Positions 18,972 through 29,640 of a stretch of 64,000 nucleotides of DNA are shown one piece after another. The stretch spans positions 160,001-224,000 of the forward strand of contig CAVWBU010000026.1 in assembly GCA_963753345.1 (NCBI GenBank). Reading direction: 5' to 3'. The position numbers and the translations under genes are program-made. Each line of letters opens with the position of its first letter. Position 1 is the first letter of the stretch. The notes below the pieces were generated by a model that made no database searches, was not told the origin of the DNA, and was given only the letters and a program-made list of their open reading frames with translations. Source of the DNA: an uncultured Fibrobacterota bacterium (GTDB lineage: Bacteria; Fibrobacterota; Chitinivibrionia; Chitinivibrionales; FEN-1185).

Positions 18972-19841
18972 TTGGATATTCTCAAAATCAAAGCCCGTCC
19001 GCGGTCCGGTTCGGGAAAATCGTACACGCGCAAGGCGCGCGTTCTGGGATGGATTCCCGCAATCTATTACGGCCGCAACAGGCAGCCGAAAACAATTGAA
19101 ATCGACGCCAACGAGTTCATCCAGTTCGTGCGCGCGAAGAAGACGCGCAACCTCTTCAACCTCGGACTCACCGGCGAAGAGGGCGGGGACGCCGTCGCAA
19201 TTATCAAGGAGATTCAGCGCGATACGATCGACAGGAAACTGTTCCTGCACATTGATTTTCAGCGCGTGGCCATGGACGAAAAAGTAACGGTGGGCGTGCC
19301 GATCGAACTGACCGGGCTTCCGCCGATCGGCGTCAAGGAGATGGGCGGTGTTCTCCAACACCCGGCGAAGGTCCTCATGGTGGAGTGCCTGCCCGCCAAT
19401 ATTCCCGAGAAGATTGCGGTCGACGTCTCCCTGCTCAAGATCGGAGACTCGATCCACGTGCGTGACATTGCGGTTGTCAACGGCGTGATCAAAGATTCTC
19501 CGGACCAGGTCGTTGCGGTCGTCATTATACCCACCGCCGAAGAAGTCAAGGCGCCGGAACCTGCGGCGGCCGAGGGCGTGGAAGGCGCGGAAGGCGCAGT
19601 TCCCGCCGAAGGCGCGGAAGGCGCAGCCGAGGGTGCCGCTCCTGCCGAGGGTGCGGAGGGTGCCGCAGCCAAGCCTGGGGCTCCTGCAAGACCGGGCGCT
19701 CCCGCGAAACCGGGAGCTGCGGCGGCAAGACCGGGTGCCGCACCTGCGGCGAAACCCGGCGCTCCCGCAAGGCCCGGCGCGGCTTCTGCCGGCGACGCAA
19801 AGCCGTCCAAGGATGCAAAAGGCGGCAAGGGCGGAAAATAG
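18972..19841 (+). CDS. rplY: 50S ribosomal protein L25/Ctc with a long Ala/Pro/Gly-rich tail
   Basis: IPAIYYG, LHIDF, GVKEMGGVL, IGDSIHV; GGAGG SD. Confidence 0.93.
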   Translation: MDILKIKARPRSGSGKSYTRKARVLGWIPAIYYGRNRQPKTIEIDANEFIQFVRAKKTRNLFNLGLTGEEGGDAVAIIKEIQRDTIDRKLFLHIDFQRVAMDEKVTVGVPIELTGLPPIGVKEMGGVLQHPAKVLMVECLPANIPEKIAVDVSLLKIGDSIHVRDIAVVNGVIKDSPDQVVAVVIIPTAEEVKAPEPAAAEGVEGAEGAVPAEGAEGAAEGAAPAEGAEGAAAKPGAPARPGAPAKPGAAAARPGAAPAAKPGAPARPGAASAGDAKPSKDAKGGKGGK

Positions 19842-19862
19842 CACAGAGGGCAACCGGCACCC

Positions 19863-20522
19863 GTGACATCCTTCTTACGCTTTGCGAGGTTTTTCCGCAG
19901 GAAGAAACCGCGGGCGAAGGCCGACCTGCTCATTTTCGGCATCGGCAACCCGGGCGACAGGTACAGGGATACGAGACACAACGCCGGGTTCATGGTGGTG
20001 GACCATCTGTCCCGGTTTCTTTCGGAAGCGCGCGCGATACACGAGCCGCTGTTTACCGCGGCGGCGGGGACGCTCTGGGGAAAAGAAATTGCGCTTGTCA
20101 AACCGTGCACGTTTGTCAATGCGTGCGGGCCGGCGTTTGCCGCGAGCGCCGCACTTTTCGGCGTGCCGCCGGGTTCGGCGCTTGTCGTTGTGGACGATTA
20201 CCACCTGCCGCTGGGAACCCTGCGGCTCAGGCGCGGCGGGTCCGACGGCGGCCACAACGGGCTCGCCTCGATCATCGAGCGCTGCGGCGGGGATTTTCCG
20301 CGGCTCCGTGTGGGAATAGGACCGCTTGCCGCGGACGCGAATGCCGTGGATTTTGTCCTGGGAAGGTTTGACGAACGGGAATTTCCCGTTCTGGACGCCG
20401 CGGTGGAAACGGCGTCCGAAGCGGTGCGCGTGTTCTGCGCCGCAGGAATCGAACAGGCCATGAACCTGTTCAACGCGGGCCGGGCAACGCCCGGTCCCGG
20501 TGGAGAAAAAAGAGACTTGTAA
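19863..20522 (+). CDS. pth: Peptidyl-tRNA hydrolase
   Basis: GIGNPG..Y..TRHNAGF, GGHNGL, RLRVGIG. Confidence 0.93.
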   Translation: MTSFLRFARFFRRKKPRAKADLLIFGIGNPGDRYRDTRHNAGFMVVDHLSRFLSEARAIHEPLFTAAAGTLWGKEIALVKPCTFVNACGPAFAASAALFGVPPGSALVVVDDYHLPLGTLRLRRGGSDGGHNGLASIIERCGGDFPRLRVGIGPLAADANAVDFVLGRFDEREFPVLDAAVETASEAVRVFCAAGIEQAMNLFNAGRATPGPGGEKRDL

Positions 20523-20622
20523 ACCATTGTCGGATGCAAGCGGACAAAACATCCTGCTTCGCCGGCCCGCACCCAGGGAATGCGGCGCGCGGGCGAAGCC
20601 GCCAGACCAAAGGAGGTTCACG

Positions 20623-20976
20623 TTGAAACGACCCTATGAGACCGTCGTCATTTACGACGCGACGCTCCCCGATGACGCCATTGCGGGCGAGAGCGGGAAG
20701 ATCGAGGAATTCCTCAGAAAGAACGCCGAGTTCGAACAGACCGTGGTGATGGGGAAGAAGCACCTTGCCTACCCCATCCGGAAGAAGAAGGCCGGCGTCT
20801 ATCACCTGTACCTTTACAAAGGTGAAGGCGACGTCGCGGGCATGCTGGAAAAGCATCTCAAGCTCAACGAGTCGGTGCTCCGCCACCTTTCGGTGGCCCG
20901 CACCGTCGTCGCGGCGCCGGCGCAGCCGGCAGTCGTTGGATCAGCGCCGGCGTCGGCAGAAAAGGAGCGTGCATAA
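20623..20976 (+). CDS. rpsF: 30S ribosomal protein S6
   Basis: YETVVI...G.K.LAYPI.K...G.Y...VLRH; AGGAGG SD before TTG. Confidence 0.92.
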   Translation: MKRPYETVVIYDATLPDDAIAGESGKIEEFLRKNAEFEQTVVMGKKHLAYPIRKKKAGVYHLYLYKGEGDVAGMLEKHLKLNESVLRHLSVARTVVAAPAQPAVVGSAPASAEKERA

Positions 20977-21203
20977 TGTACCGGAGAGGCAGAGTGAGAA
21001 AAGTGTGCTGGTTCGACCAGAATTCCATTGAACCGGACTACAAGGATCAGCGCATGATGGAAAGCTTCATCACCGAGCGGGGCAAGATCGTGCCGCGCAG
21101 GCTCTCGGGCGTCTGCGCCAAGCACCAGAAACGGCTTGCGCTCGCCGTGAAACGGGCGCGCTACCTGGCGCTCGTGCCGTTTGTAGCCGAAAACCTCAGA
21201 TAG
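20976..21203 (+). CDS. rpsR: 30S ribosomal protein S18
   Basis: DYKD...[15 protein letters not shown]...QKRLA.AVKRAR. Confidence 0.95.
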   Translation: MYRRGRVRKVCWFDQNSIEPDYKDQRMMESFITERGKIVPRRLSGVCAKHQKRLALAVKRARYLALVPFVAENLR

Positions 21204-21248
21204 GAACAGCACAGTCATCACCCAACGGAACACAAGGGGTCTTGTCCT

Positions 21249-21698
21249 ATGGAAGTTGTTTTGAAAAAAGATCACGACAAACTCGGCAAGGCGATGGACG
21301 TTGTCAACGTTGCCGACGGGTACGCTCGGAATTTCCTTATTCCCCAGGGCATCGCGGTGTCCGCCACCGAGGGGAACAGGAAGGCGGTGGCGGAGTCGAA
21401 ACGCCTTTCCGAGAAACGCGAAGAGAAGAAGCAGAAGGAAGCCAAGGTGCAGGCCGCACAGATCGAGAAGGTGCCGTGCACCATCAAGGTGAAGGTGGGA
21501 GAGGAGGACCGGCTGTTCGGCTCGGTGACCACCCAGGAGATAGCCGATTTTCTCGCCAAGGAGGGGTTTTCGATAGACAAGCGCGACATCGAACTCGAGG
21601 AGCCCATCAAGCAGCTGGGCGTCTATTCGGTGAAGATCACGCTGTACAAGGACGTTTTTGCGCATCTGAAAGTCTGGGTTGTCAAGGAAGAGGCCTAG
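21249..21698 (+). CDS. rplI: 50S ribosomal protein L9
   Basis: V.VADGYARNFLIP, RLFGSVT, PIKQLG. Confidence 0.96.
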   Translation: MEVVLKKDHDKLGKAMDVVNVADGYARNFLIPQGIAVSATEGNRKAVAESKRLSEKREEKKQKEAKVQAAQIEKVPCTIKVKVGEEDRLFGSVTTQEIADFLAKEGFSIDKRDIELEEPIKQLGVYSVKITLYKDVFAHLKVWVVKEEA

Positions 21699-21721
21699 CC
21701 GGCGGCCGGGAGATCATTCCC

Positions 21722-22609
21722 ATGATACTGCAGGGTTGTTACGTTGCCCTCGCGACGCCGTTTACGAACGAAGGTCTCGTGAACGAAGCGGGCCTGCGAA
21801 GCAACATAGAATTTCTGATTAAAAACGGCGTCGCCGGCATCGTGCCGTGCGGCACCACCGGCGAATCCGCCACCCTGTCGTGGGAAGAGCACAACCGGGT
21901 GGTCGACATCGCGCTCGACCAGGTGAAGGGCCGGGTGCAGGTCATTGCCGGCGCGGGTTCCAACAACACCCACGAATCCATCGAAGCGGCGACGCACGCA
22001 CGAGAGAAAGGCGCGCAGGCCATCCTGTGCATCACGCCGTACTACAACAAGCCCACGCAGGAAGGCCTGTACCAGCACTACCGGCAGATCGCCACCACCG
22101 TGGATATTCCCATTGTGCTCTACAACGTGCCGGGACGCACGGGCGTGAACATGCTTCCGAAAACCGTGGAGAGGCTGTGCGAGTTCAAGTCGATAGTCGC
22201 CATCAAGGAGGCAAGCGGCAACCTGCAGCAGATCTCCGAAATTCACCGGCGCTGCGGGGAGAGGCTTGCCGTTCTCTCCGGCGACGACGCGCTCACGCTG
22301 CCGATCCTCGCGTGCGGCGGCAAAGGCGTGATTTCGGTGGTTGCCAATATCTGGCCGCAGAAGATGGTGGCCCTTCTGAATTGCTTTTTCGCGGGCGACA
22401 TGGCAGGCGCGCTCGCCGTTCACGAGGAGCTGCTGCCCGTTTCCAATGCCATGTTCTTTGAGACGAGCCCCGGGCCGGTAAAAACCGCCATGAATTATCT
22501 CGGGCTTGCAGCGGGCCCGCTGCGCCTTCCGCTTGTCGACATGGAAAGCGACAACCGGGAAAAACTTCTTTCGGTACTCAAGCTGAGCGGGATACGGCAG
22601 CTTCCGTAG
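21722..22609 (+). CDS. dapA: 4-hydroxy-tetrahydrodipicolinate synthase
   Basis: GTTGES, PYYNKPTQEG, LYNVPGRT, IKEASG. Confidence 0.95.
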   Translation: MILQGCYVALATPFTNEGLVNEAGLRSNIEFLIKNGVAGIVPCGTTGESATLSWEEHNRVVDIALDQVKGRVQVIAGAGSNNTHESIEAATHAREKGAQAILCITPYYNKPTQEGLYQHYRQIATTVDIPIVLYNVPGRTGVNMLPKTVERLCEFKSIVAIKEASGNLQQISEIHRRCGERLAVLSGDDALTLPILACGGKGVISVVANIWPQKMVALLNCFFAGDMAGALAVHEELLPVSNAMFFETSPGPVKTAMNYLGLAAGPLRLPLVDMESDNREKLLSVLKLSGIRQLP

Positions 22610-22621
22610 AGAGGGCCCTGC

Positions 22622-23425
22622 GTGACAACGAGCATCATCGTGAGCGGCGCGATGGGGAAAATGGGCAGAGAGATCGCCGCCGCGGTCATTAACGACCCCT
22701 CCTGCACGCTCTCGGGGTGCCTGGAGCACCCCTCGCATTCCGCAATCGGCAACAACTACGCGGCGTGCACCGGCCTCGCGTCGGAGGGCGTGGCGCTCCG
22801 CGGGTCGCCTTCCGGCCTTCCCATTGACAAAAGCATTATCGTCGATTTCACCTCGCCGCAGGCGACGCTCGCGCTGCTTGCGGCCGTGGAAGGGAAGGCG
22901 GCGCGTCTGGTGATCGGCACCACCGGCTTTTCGGATACGGAGACCGAACGCATCCGGAGCGCCGCGCGGTCCATTCCCATCGTGCTGAGTCCCAACATGA
23001 GCCTGGGCGTCAATCTGCTGTTCGTGCTCACCGACCTTGCCGCGAAGAAGCTCGGCGCAACGTTCGACATCGAAATCATTGAGGCGCATCACCGGTTCAA
23101 GAAGGACGCGCCGAGCGGCACGGCAAAGAGGCTCGGTGAGATCGTTGCGGCCGCGCTCGGCGTCGGCTACAACGAAGCGGTGAGGAACGGCAGGGCCGGC
23201 ACAACGGGCGAGCGCACGGGAAAAGAGATCGGCATGCACTCGGTGCGCGGCGGCGACATCGTGGGCGACCATACGGTGCTGTTTGCGGGAATGGGCGAGC
23301 GTCTCGAATTGCGCCACGTTATGCAGAGTCGCGCCACCTTGGCCCGGGGCGCGGTTGCCGCCGCGCTGTGGCTGGTGAACCAAGGGCCGGGCCTTTACAG
23401 CATGCGTGACGTTCTGGGATTGTAA
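22622..23425 (+). CDS. dapB: 4-hydroxy-tetrahydrodipicolinate reductase
   Basis: GAMGKMG, IGTTG, EAHHRFKKDAPSGTA. Confidence 0.95.
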   Translation: MTTSIIVSGAMGKMGREIAAAVINDPSCTLSGCLEHPSHSAIGNNYAACTGLASEGVALRGSPSGLPIDKSIIVDFTSPQATLALLAAVEGKAARLVIGTTGFSDTETERIRSAARSIPIVLSPNMSLGVNLLFVLTDLAAKKLGATFDIEIIEAHHRFKKDAPSGTAKRLGEIVAAALGVGYNEAVRNGRAGTTGERTGKEIGMHSVRGGDIVGDHTVLFAGMGERLELRHVMQSRATLARGAVAAALWLVNQGPGLYSMRDVLGL

Positions 23426-23544
23426 GGTTTTTTGGCCCAGCCGCAATATCGGTTAATTTTTCGTACCCTGACACGAAATCTCTTGGTCGCATTGAACGCA
23501 AACGTTATTGTGTGACGGCGAGTATCACTCCGCAAGGAGCCTGC

Positions 23545-24921
23545 ATGGCCAAACGAATCTCGGTGGTATTCCCCGTTCTTCTCGCAGGCATGTTTTTTTT
23601 GGCGGGCGCCGACACGGTGCAGGACTCAGGCGCGGCCTCCGCTTCAAAACAGGGAGCTGCGGGCGGTTCTCCCGCCGCGCCATCCCCCGGCGTAAAGCAG
23701 TCCGATGTGCATAAAAAGAAGGCCGTCGAGGAAGACCTCTACGAAGAGATGCTCGTGCCCGAAAAGGGCGCTGCCCAGCCGGCAAAGACGGAACAGGCCG
23801 CGCCTGCCGCGGCAAAGGCGGACACTTCCGCGGTAAAGGCCGCCGGTTCACCCAACCCCGCCGACACCTCGAAGGCGGCGGGCGCCGCCGCGCCCGCAAG
23901 GGAAACCGTGGGGGCCGCCGACGCAACGCATCCCGCATCCGTGCCCGCGCCTTCGGCGGTGCAGACGACGGCAGCCGACACCGCGAAGAAATCCGCTGTT
24001 GCGGCAAAACCCGTTGCTCCGGTGAAAATCGAGGAAGCCCGCCCCATCAATTTCGCAAAAGGCCTCAAGGAGTACCGCTCGCCCAAGCTGGCGATGCTCA
24101 TGTCGCTTATCGTGCCGGGCCTGGGGCAGGCATATGTCAAGAGCTACGTGCGGGCCGGGCTGTACATTCTTGCCGAGGCGGCCATTATCGGCACCAGCGT
24201 GGCCTACAGCAACATGGCAAACGACAGGTACAATCAGGCCAAGGCGTTTGCCAACAGAAATTATTCGGCCGGCAAGATGGTGAACTATTACGACAGCCTC
24301 TATACCTTTATCTTGACCAATATCACCTCCCAACTTTACGGGGGAAGCCACCCCGACAGCGATGCCCAGTCGCGGCTGAACGACATCTATACCGACTCCC
24401 TCAACGGCTTCAAGCATGACAGTTTGGTCAAGTCGAACCAGTATTATCAGACCCTCGACGAATCGAACGCGTTCATTCAGGGATGGAAAGACTGCCAGCC
24501 CACGCTCGACCAAATCGCGGCCGTCAATGCCGGCTCCCCATTGACCGACACGACCGGCCGCGGCTACAAATACACATACACGCGGTACGATTCCATCGAA
24601 TACTCGTACCTTGTGAGTATCTCGGACAAGACCTCCGGCGCCGTCGTCAATCCCATGGCCTACGGTTATTCCGACAGCGCGCTTGTCTTCCAGAAGCTCA
24701 TGTCTCAGTACCGGCAAAACTCCAAGATCGCGACCCAAGTCCTGTTCATCCTCCTTGTCAACCACATCGTGAGCGCCGTGGACGCCCTGATATCCGCCAA
24801 CGTCTACAACGCAAACCTGCTCGGCAAACAAACCTTCTGGCGCCACATAGACTTTGAGGCCGGCATTGCCGGAAGCGGCCTCACGAGCGGGCCGGCGTTG
24901 GCCATGAGGATACAGTTTTGA
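23545..24921 (+). CDS. Exported/membrane protein with an S..PGLGQ.Y motif (DUF5683/TM2-like) and an Ala/Pro-rich N-terminal linker
   Basis: Signal peptide; AMLMSLIVPGLGQAY; NHIVSAVDA; ends in F. Confidence 0.65.
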   Translation: MAKRISVVFPVLLAGMFFLAGADTVQDSGAASASKQGAAGGSPAAPSPGVKQSDVHKKKAVEEDLYEEMLVPEKGAAQPAKTEQAAPAAAKADTSAVKAAGSPNPADTSKAAGAAAPARETVGAADATHPASVPAPSAVQTTAADTAKKSAVAAKPVAPVKIEEARPINFAKGLKEYRSPKLAMLMSLIVPGLGQAYVKSYVRAGLYILAEAAIIGTSVAYSNMANDRYNQAKAFANRNYSAGKMVNYYDSLYTFILTNITSQLYGGSHPDSDAQSRLNDIYTDSLNGFKHDSLVKSNQYYQTLDESNAFIQGWKDCQPTLDQIAAVNAGSPLTDTTGRGYKYTYTRYDSIEYSYLVSISDKTSGAVVNPMAYGYSDSALVFQKLMSQYRQNSKIATQVLFILLVNHIVSAVDALISANVYNANLLGKQTFWRHIDFEAGIAGSGLTSGPALAMRIQF

Positions 24922-25637
24922 GAAGACTTCGCGCCATTGCGGCCGTTGCGTGCCTGTACGCCGCGCTCGCGGCCCCTGCCGATTGCCAGGTCACGGTGCA
25001 GGAAAGCATGAGCACCGACACGGTGGATCTGTTTGCAAAGTCCGCCAGGCCGCATAAATCCATGGCGCTTGCCATGTGCGCATCGGTGTTGCTGCCCGGG
25101 CTGGGCCACCAGTACCTGGGCGATAACGCGAAAGCGCTCGCCTATTACTCCACGGAAGCGCTGTTTATATTCGGCGCGGTATTCTGCAGTTACTACGGAC
25201 GAACGGTGTTCGATAACGCAAAGGTCTTTGCGTGGGACCACGCGGAGGCCGCCGGCGGCGCCGGCGCCGACGATCAATACTGGCAGAACGTGGCCCATTA
25301 CGACGACCTGAACAGCTACAATCAGCAAATGGAACGCACGTATAGAAGCGAAGTCCAGGACTATCTCACCCCCAATCTCCAGTGGCACTGGGACGATCTT
25401 CCCGGCGAACCCACCAACCGGAACATCTTTAACGGCATGCTCCAGCAGTCGATGAGTTGGCAGGTGGCCTCGTCGTTTTTCCTGGGCGCCATGGTGCTCA
25501 ACAGGCTGGTGGCGTTCATCGACGTACGGTTTGCCACCAAGCAACTGGAGACAAAATCGCTTTCGTCAATTCAATTCTTTCCGCACTATGATCCCGTCGC
25601 TCGGGCCGCAGGCCTCTCCCTGAGGACGGGGTTTTGA
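24918..25637 (+). CDS. Paralogous exported/membrane protein (S..PGLGH.Y motif)
   Basis: SVLLPGLGHQY; NRLVAFID; ends in F; overlaps the previous stop. Confidence 0.65.
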   Translation: MRRLRAIAAVACLYAALAAPADCQVTVQESMSTDTVDLFAKSARPHKSMALAMCASVLLPGLGHQYLGDNAKALAYYSTEALFIFGAVFCSYYGRTVFDNAKVFAWDHAEAAGGAGADDQYWQNVAHYDDLNSYNQQMERTYRSEVQDYLTPNLQWHWDDLPGEPTNRNIFNGMLQQSMSWQVASSFFLGAMVLNRLVAFIDVRFATKQLETKSLSSIQFFPHYDPVARAAGLSLRTGF

Positions 25638-25710
25638 TCCCGCATTTGGCCTTTGCAAATAAATCTTACCGCAAGGACTCACCGAGCGCAAAAAAACTAT
25701 TTTTTGACTC

Positions 25711-26418
25711 ATGAACCTTGTCCTTCTGTTCGAACAGGACTTTGTTGATCCTACGCACGTTGTTCTCACCGGACGCAGGCTCGATCATATAACCACGGTG
25801 CACCGCGCGCAGGCCGGCGATACGCTGAGGGTGGGAAAGCTTGGCGGCACAATGGGCGAGGGACGCGTGACGGCGATCGATGCCGGATCGTGCAGGATGG
25901 AAGTTGCGCTCGACAAGGACCCGCCGGCGCCCCTGCCGCTCACGCTGCTCTTGGCGCTGCCCCGGCCCAAGGCGCTGCGGCGGATTATCGAAACCGTCGC
26001 GGCGATGGGAATAAAACGTGTTTACCTTATGGAGTCGTGGCGGGTCGAGAAGAGCTTCTGGAACAGCCCGCTCCTTTCCGAGGAGGAACTGGCCGGCCGC
26101 TGCCTGCTCGGGCTGGAACAGGCCTGCGACACGGTGATGCCCGTGCTGCAATTCAGGCGGCGCTTCAGGCCGTTCGTGGAGGACGAGGTGCCGGGCTTGA
26201 TAAAGGGCAGCCGCGCTTTCGTGGCCCATCCCGGCGCCGCCGCCCCATGCCCGCGCGCGGCTTCCGGCCCGCTTACCCTTGCCGTTGGCCCGGAAGGCGG
26301 GTTTATCCCTCGCGAAATAAAGCTGCTTGAAGAGCTGGGATTTGCGGCCGTGAATTTCGGACCGAGGATATTGCGGACCGAGGCGTTCGTGCCCGCGGCG
26401 GTGGGGAGGATGTTCTAA
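25711..26418 (+). CDS. rsmE: 16S rRNA m3U1498 methyltransferase
   Basis: LPRPK, EQA, VGPEGGF, GPRILRTE SPOUT motifs. Confidence 0.9.
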   Translation: MNLVLLFEQDFVDPTHVVLTGRRLDHITTVHRAQAGDTLRVGKLGGTMGEGRVTAIDAGSCRMEVALDKDPPAPLPLTLLLALPRPKALRRIIETVAAMGIKRVYLMESWRVEKSFWNSPLLSEEELAGRCLLGLEQACDTVMPVLQFRRRFRPFVEDEVPGLIKGSRAFVAHPGAAAPCPRAASGPLTLAVGPEGGFIPREIKLLEELGFAAVNFGPRILRTEAFVPAAVGRMF

Positions 26419-26459
26419 GAGCACGGTTTCACGATGGTCAAAGAAGATAAGATACATTT

Positions 26460-26935
26460 ATGGGGGAGGTTTCCCCCTCGCTTCAGCCCGGCGCACGCTC
26501 TCAATTTGTAAATCAGGCTGATAGCGCGCCGGTCTTTCGCTACCCCCTCCTGGGTGGCCCCCAAGGAAGGTTATTTGCGAGAAAGATGCTTCGGTTGGGG
26601 GGCACCCAAGAAGAATTGTGGAATGATGATTGCGGAATGCGGATTGAATAAAGCATAGATGTCATTGCGAGCGAAGCGAAGCAATCTGCGGTAGAATTGA
26701 CTGTTGGGAAATGGAAGAACGAGTCTTGCCTGTTTGCTTTGTGATACCGGCTGGCGTAAAAAGGTGGCTTGACTGAATGGATTCCCCCTGCCGCGCGTTA
26801 GGCGCGACTGGAGGCCGCACTGGAGCGCGGTGCCGCCCGGACCCGCCGCGTCAGCGGCATAGGGCCGAGGCGGCCAGAGGCCGAAGGCCGAAACCGGAAG
26901 GAGAGCCGACCCCGCGCAGCGGGGGAACGCCCAGC
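26460..26935 (+). mobile_element. Composite structured intergenic element, copy 1 (module B, short repeats, module A)
   Basis: B 26460-26612, gattgcggaatgcggattg repeats, A 26788-26933; same order as the other copies. Confidence 0.6.
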
Positions 26936-26999
26936 TTTTTATTACCAGCGCAGAGTGAAGCAACCTCTCCCCGCGCACAACTATTTTTAAGGTAATCTC

Positions 27000-27926
27000 A
27001 TGAATACTCCCACCCTTTCCCGCAACGATCCCTGCTACTGCGGCAGCGGAAAAAAGTACAAGAAATGCCATATGCTTGTTGACGGAAAGGACAAATCGCG
27101 TGCCGTAAAGTCAATGGCGCGGCTTGTCAAGATGCCGCAGGAGGTCGAGGGCATGCGCAGGGCGGGCGCGTTTAACGGCGAGCTCATGGATTACCTGCGG
27201 CAGTTCGTGAAGGAGGGCGTGCCGACGCTGGAGCTCGACACTCTCGCCCGCGAATATACCGTACAGCACGGCCACACCCCGGCCTGCCTCAACTACAAGG
27301 GATATCCGAAGTCGATCTGCACGTCGATCAACAACGTCGTGTGCCACGGCATTCCCTCGGAAAAGGAAATACTCAGGTCCGGCGACATCGTTAACGTGGA
27401 CCTTACCACCATTGTGGACGGGTTCCACGGCGATTCGTCGGAAACGTATCTGATAGGCGGCGTGAGCGACGCCGCAAAACACCTGGTGGCCGTAACGGCA
27501 AAAGCGCTGCTGCTCGGAATTGCCGCCTGTAAAGCGGGGAAGGGGCTGCAGGCGATTGCAAGGGCCATAGAGCCGTATGTCCGCTCGCAGGGATGTTCGG
27601 TGGTGCATCAGTATACGGGCCACGGTATCGGAACGAAGTTTCACGAGCATTTTTCCGTGTATCACCACATCGACGCCGAGGCCGACGACGTCGTCTTGCA
27701 GCCGGGAATGACGCTCACGGTGGAGCCCATGATCAATGCCGGTGGCTGGGAGGTGATCACCGATCCGCACGACAAATGGACCGTGCGCACCAGGGACGGG
27801 TCGCTTTCGGCGCAGTTTGAGCACACGGTGCTCGTCACCGACTCGGAACCCGAGATCCTCACCCTCACGCCATCCCAGAAGGCACTGCACGCCGTGGTTT
27901 CCATCCCGGGCGTTGCCATTTCATGA
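27000..27926 (+). CDS. map: Methionine aminopeptidase type I with an N-terminal SEC-C motif
   Basis: RNDPCYCGSGKKYKKCH; VCHGIP, GHGIG, TVEPM, SAQFEHT. Confidence 0.95.
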   Translation: MNTPTLSRNDPCYCGSGKKYKKCHMLVDGKDKSRAVKSMARLVKMPQEVEGMRRAGAFNGELMDYLRQFVKEGVPTLELDTLAREYTVQHGHTPACLNYKGYPKSICTSINNVVCHGIPSEKEILRSGDIVNVDLTTIVDGFHGDSSETYLIGGVSDAAKHLVAVTAKALLLGIAACKAGKGLQAIARAIEPYVRSQGCSVVHQYTGHGIGTKFHEHFSVYHHIDAEADDVVLQPGMTLTVEPMINAGGWEVITDPHDKWTVRTRDGSLSAQFEHTVLVTDSEPEILTLTPSQKALHAVVSIPGVAIS

Positions 27927-29134
27927 AACCCACCCGCCTGTTCGACACCGATGTTCCGCCCCCCACCGAGCGCGTGATTCTGGCCGGGCTGCTCACGAGC
28001 GGCACTGACCCGGAGCTGTTCGAGATTGACATGAAGGAAATGCGGATGCTCTGTGCCACGGCAGGCGCGACCATCGCGCAGGCCGTGGTGCAGCGCCGCG
28101 AGGCGCCGGTGGCTTCCACCTACCTCGGGCCCGGTAAGCTCACGGAGATCTGTTCCCTCATGAAGCTGCATAAATGCAGGACCGTGGTCATCGACGCGCA
28201 GCTGTCGCCCGGCCAGGTGCGGAACATCGAGAAGATCGTGGAGGGGAAGGTGATCGACAGAGGGCAGCTCATCCTCGACATTTTCGCGCGGCACGCCCGC
28301 ACCAACGAGGCGCGCATCCAGGTGGAGCTCGCCCAGATGAAAACGCTGTACCCGCGCCTCACGCACGCATGGACGCATTTTTCGCAGCAGGTGGGCGGCA
28401 TCGGCACCAAGGGGCCGGGAGAGAAACAGCTCGAGGTTGACAGGCGGCTTATCCAGAAAAAAATTTCCGACCTCAACGACCGGCTCAAGGACATCGAAAA
28501 GTCGCGTGCCACGCAGCGCAAGAGCCGGGCGGGTGAGTTCAAGGTGACGCTGGTGGGCTACACCAACGTGGGCAAATCGTGCCTGCTCAATGCGCTGTCG
28601 GGCGCCAGTGTTCTTGTTCAGAACAAGCTCTTCGCAACGCTCGACACCGCCACGAGGCGCACGTTTATCCCGGGCGTGGGCGAGATCGTGCTGTCGGACA
28701 CGGTTGGGTTTTTGCGCAAGCTGCCCCACCACCTTGTCGCCTCGTTCCGGGGGACGCTCGAGGTGGTGAGCCAGGCCGATTTGCTCCTTATTGTGATGGA
28801 CGCGGCAAGCCCGTGGTCTGCGCAGCAGCTCGCAACGGTCAAGGAAGTGCTCGCCGACCTTTCCGCCGACAGGATTCCCCATTTGCTGCTGTTCAACAAG
28901 ATCGATCTTGTTGCCGACCCTGTTGAGCGGAAAAAACTTCTGGTGAACTATCCGGATGCCCTGCTTGTGTCCGCATTATCACAACAGGATATGAAAATGG
29001 TAAAGGAGCGCATTGCGGAAATAATAAGGACCTATAAGAAAGATGCGGCAGCTGCCGACATTGTCGCACGGAAGACAAAGGAGCTGAACAGGGACCCGGA
29101 TGAAGTGATAGGGTTGCCGTGGGACCAAAAGTAG
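27923..29134 (+). CDS. hflX: GTPase HflX
   Basis: LILDIFA.HA, GPGEKQLE.DRR, GYTNVGKS, LFATLD, DTVGF, NKID. Confidence 0.96.
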   Translation: MKPTRLFDTDVPPPTERVILAGLLTSGTDPELFEIDMKEMRMLCATAGATIAQAVVQRREAPVASTYLGPGKLTEICSLMKLHKCRTVVIDAQLSPGQVRNIEKIVEGKVIDRGQLILDIFARHARTNEARIQVELAQMKTLYPRLTHAWTHFSQQVGGIGTKGPGEKQLEVDRRLIQKKISDLNDRLKDIEKSRATQRKSRAGEFKVTLVGYTNVGKSCLLNALSGASVLVQNKLFATLDTATRRTFIPGVGEIVLSDTVGFLRKLPHHLVASFRGTLEVVSQADLLLIVMDAASPWSAQQLATVKEVLADLSADRIPHLLLFNKIDLVADPVERKKLLVNYPDALLVSALSQQDMKMVKERIAEIIRTYKKDAAAADIVARKTKELNRDPDEVIGLPWDQK

Positions 29135-29155
29135 ATAATAAATTGCAAATCCATT

Positions 29156-29620
29156 TAAGAGGGGAAGTTTACCCCGTCGGGTACTTCCAAGGGTCGTCCC
29201 CCTTGCTCCGGCCCTACGGTCCTCCGCTACCCCCTCCTGGGCGGCCCCCAAGGAAGTTGATTTGCGAGAAAGATGCCTTGGCTGGGGGGCACCCACGAGA
29301 GACAGTTGTAAGTTGACGGTTGACAGTTGACAGCAGGAATATAAAGGGAACAATCTACATTTCCCCTCTCTACTTGTGGAGAGGGGTGGCCGTGACAGCG
29401 GCCGGGGTGAGGCTACGGTTTGGCGCGAGAAACACTAATTTACAAAAGATATTTCTTCTGCCGCGCGTTAGGTGGACCGGAGGGTGCGCTGGAGCGCATT
29501 GCCGCCTGATCCCTCGCCGAAGGCGGTAGGGACAGGCGGCAACGAGGCGAACAGCCGAGCCCGCAGGGAGAGCCGACCCGACCCCGAGCGAAGTCGAAGG
29601 GGAGGGGAACGCCCAAATCT
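29156..29620 (+). mobile_element. Composite structured intergenic element, copy 2
   Basis: B 29156-29300, (agttgac)n 29310-29333, a CCCTCTC/GAGAGGG REP, A 29440-29615. Confidence 0.6.
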
Positions 29621-29640
29621 TTCCTAATTGACAAGAAGCC

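Noticed and set aside
27000-27070. SEC-C motif fused to Map as a novelty
   Set aside because: This fusion is already known in other bacteria.
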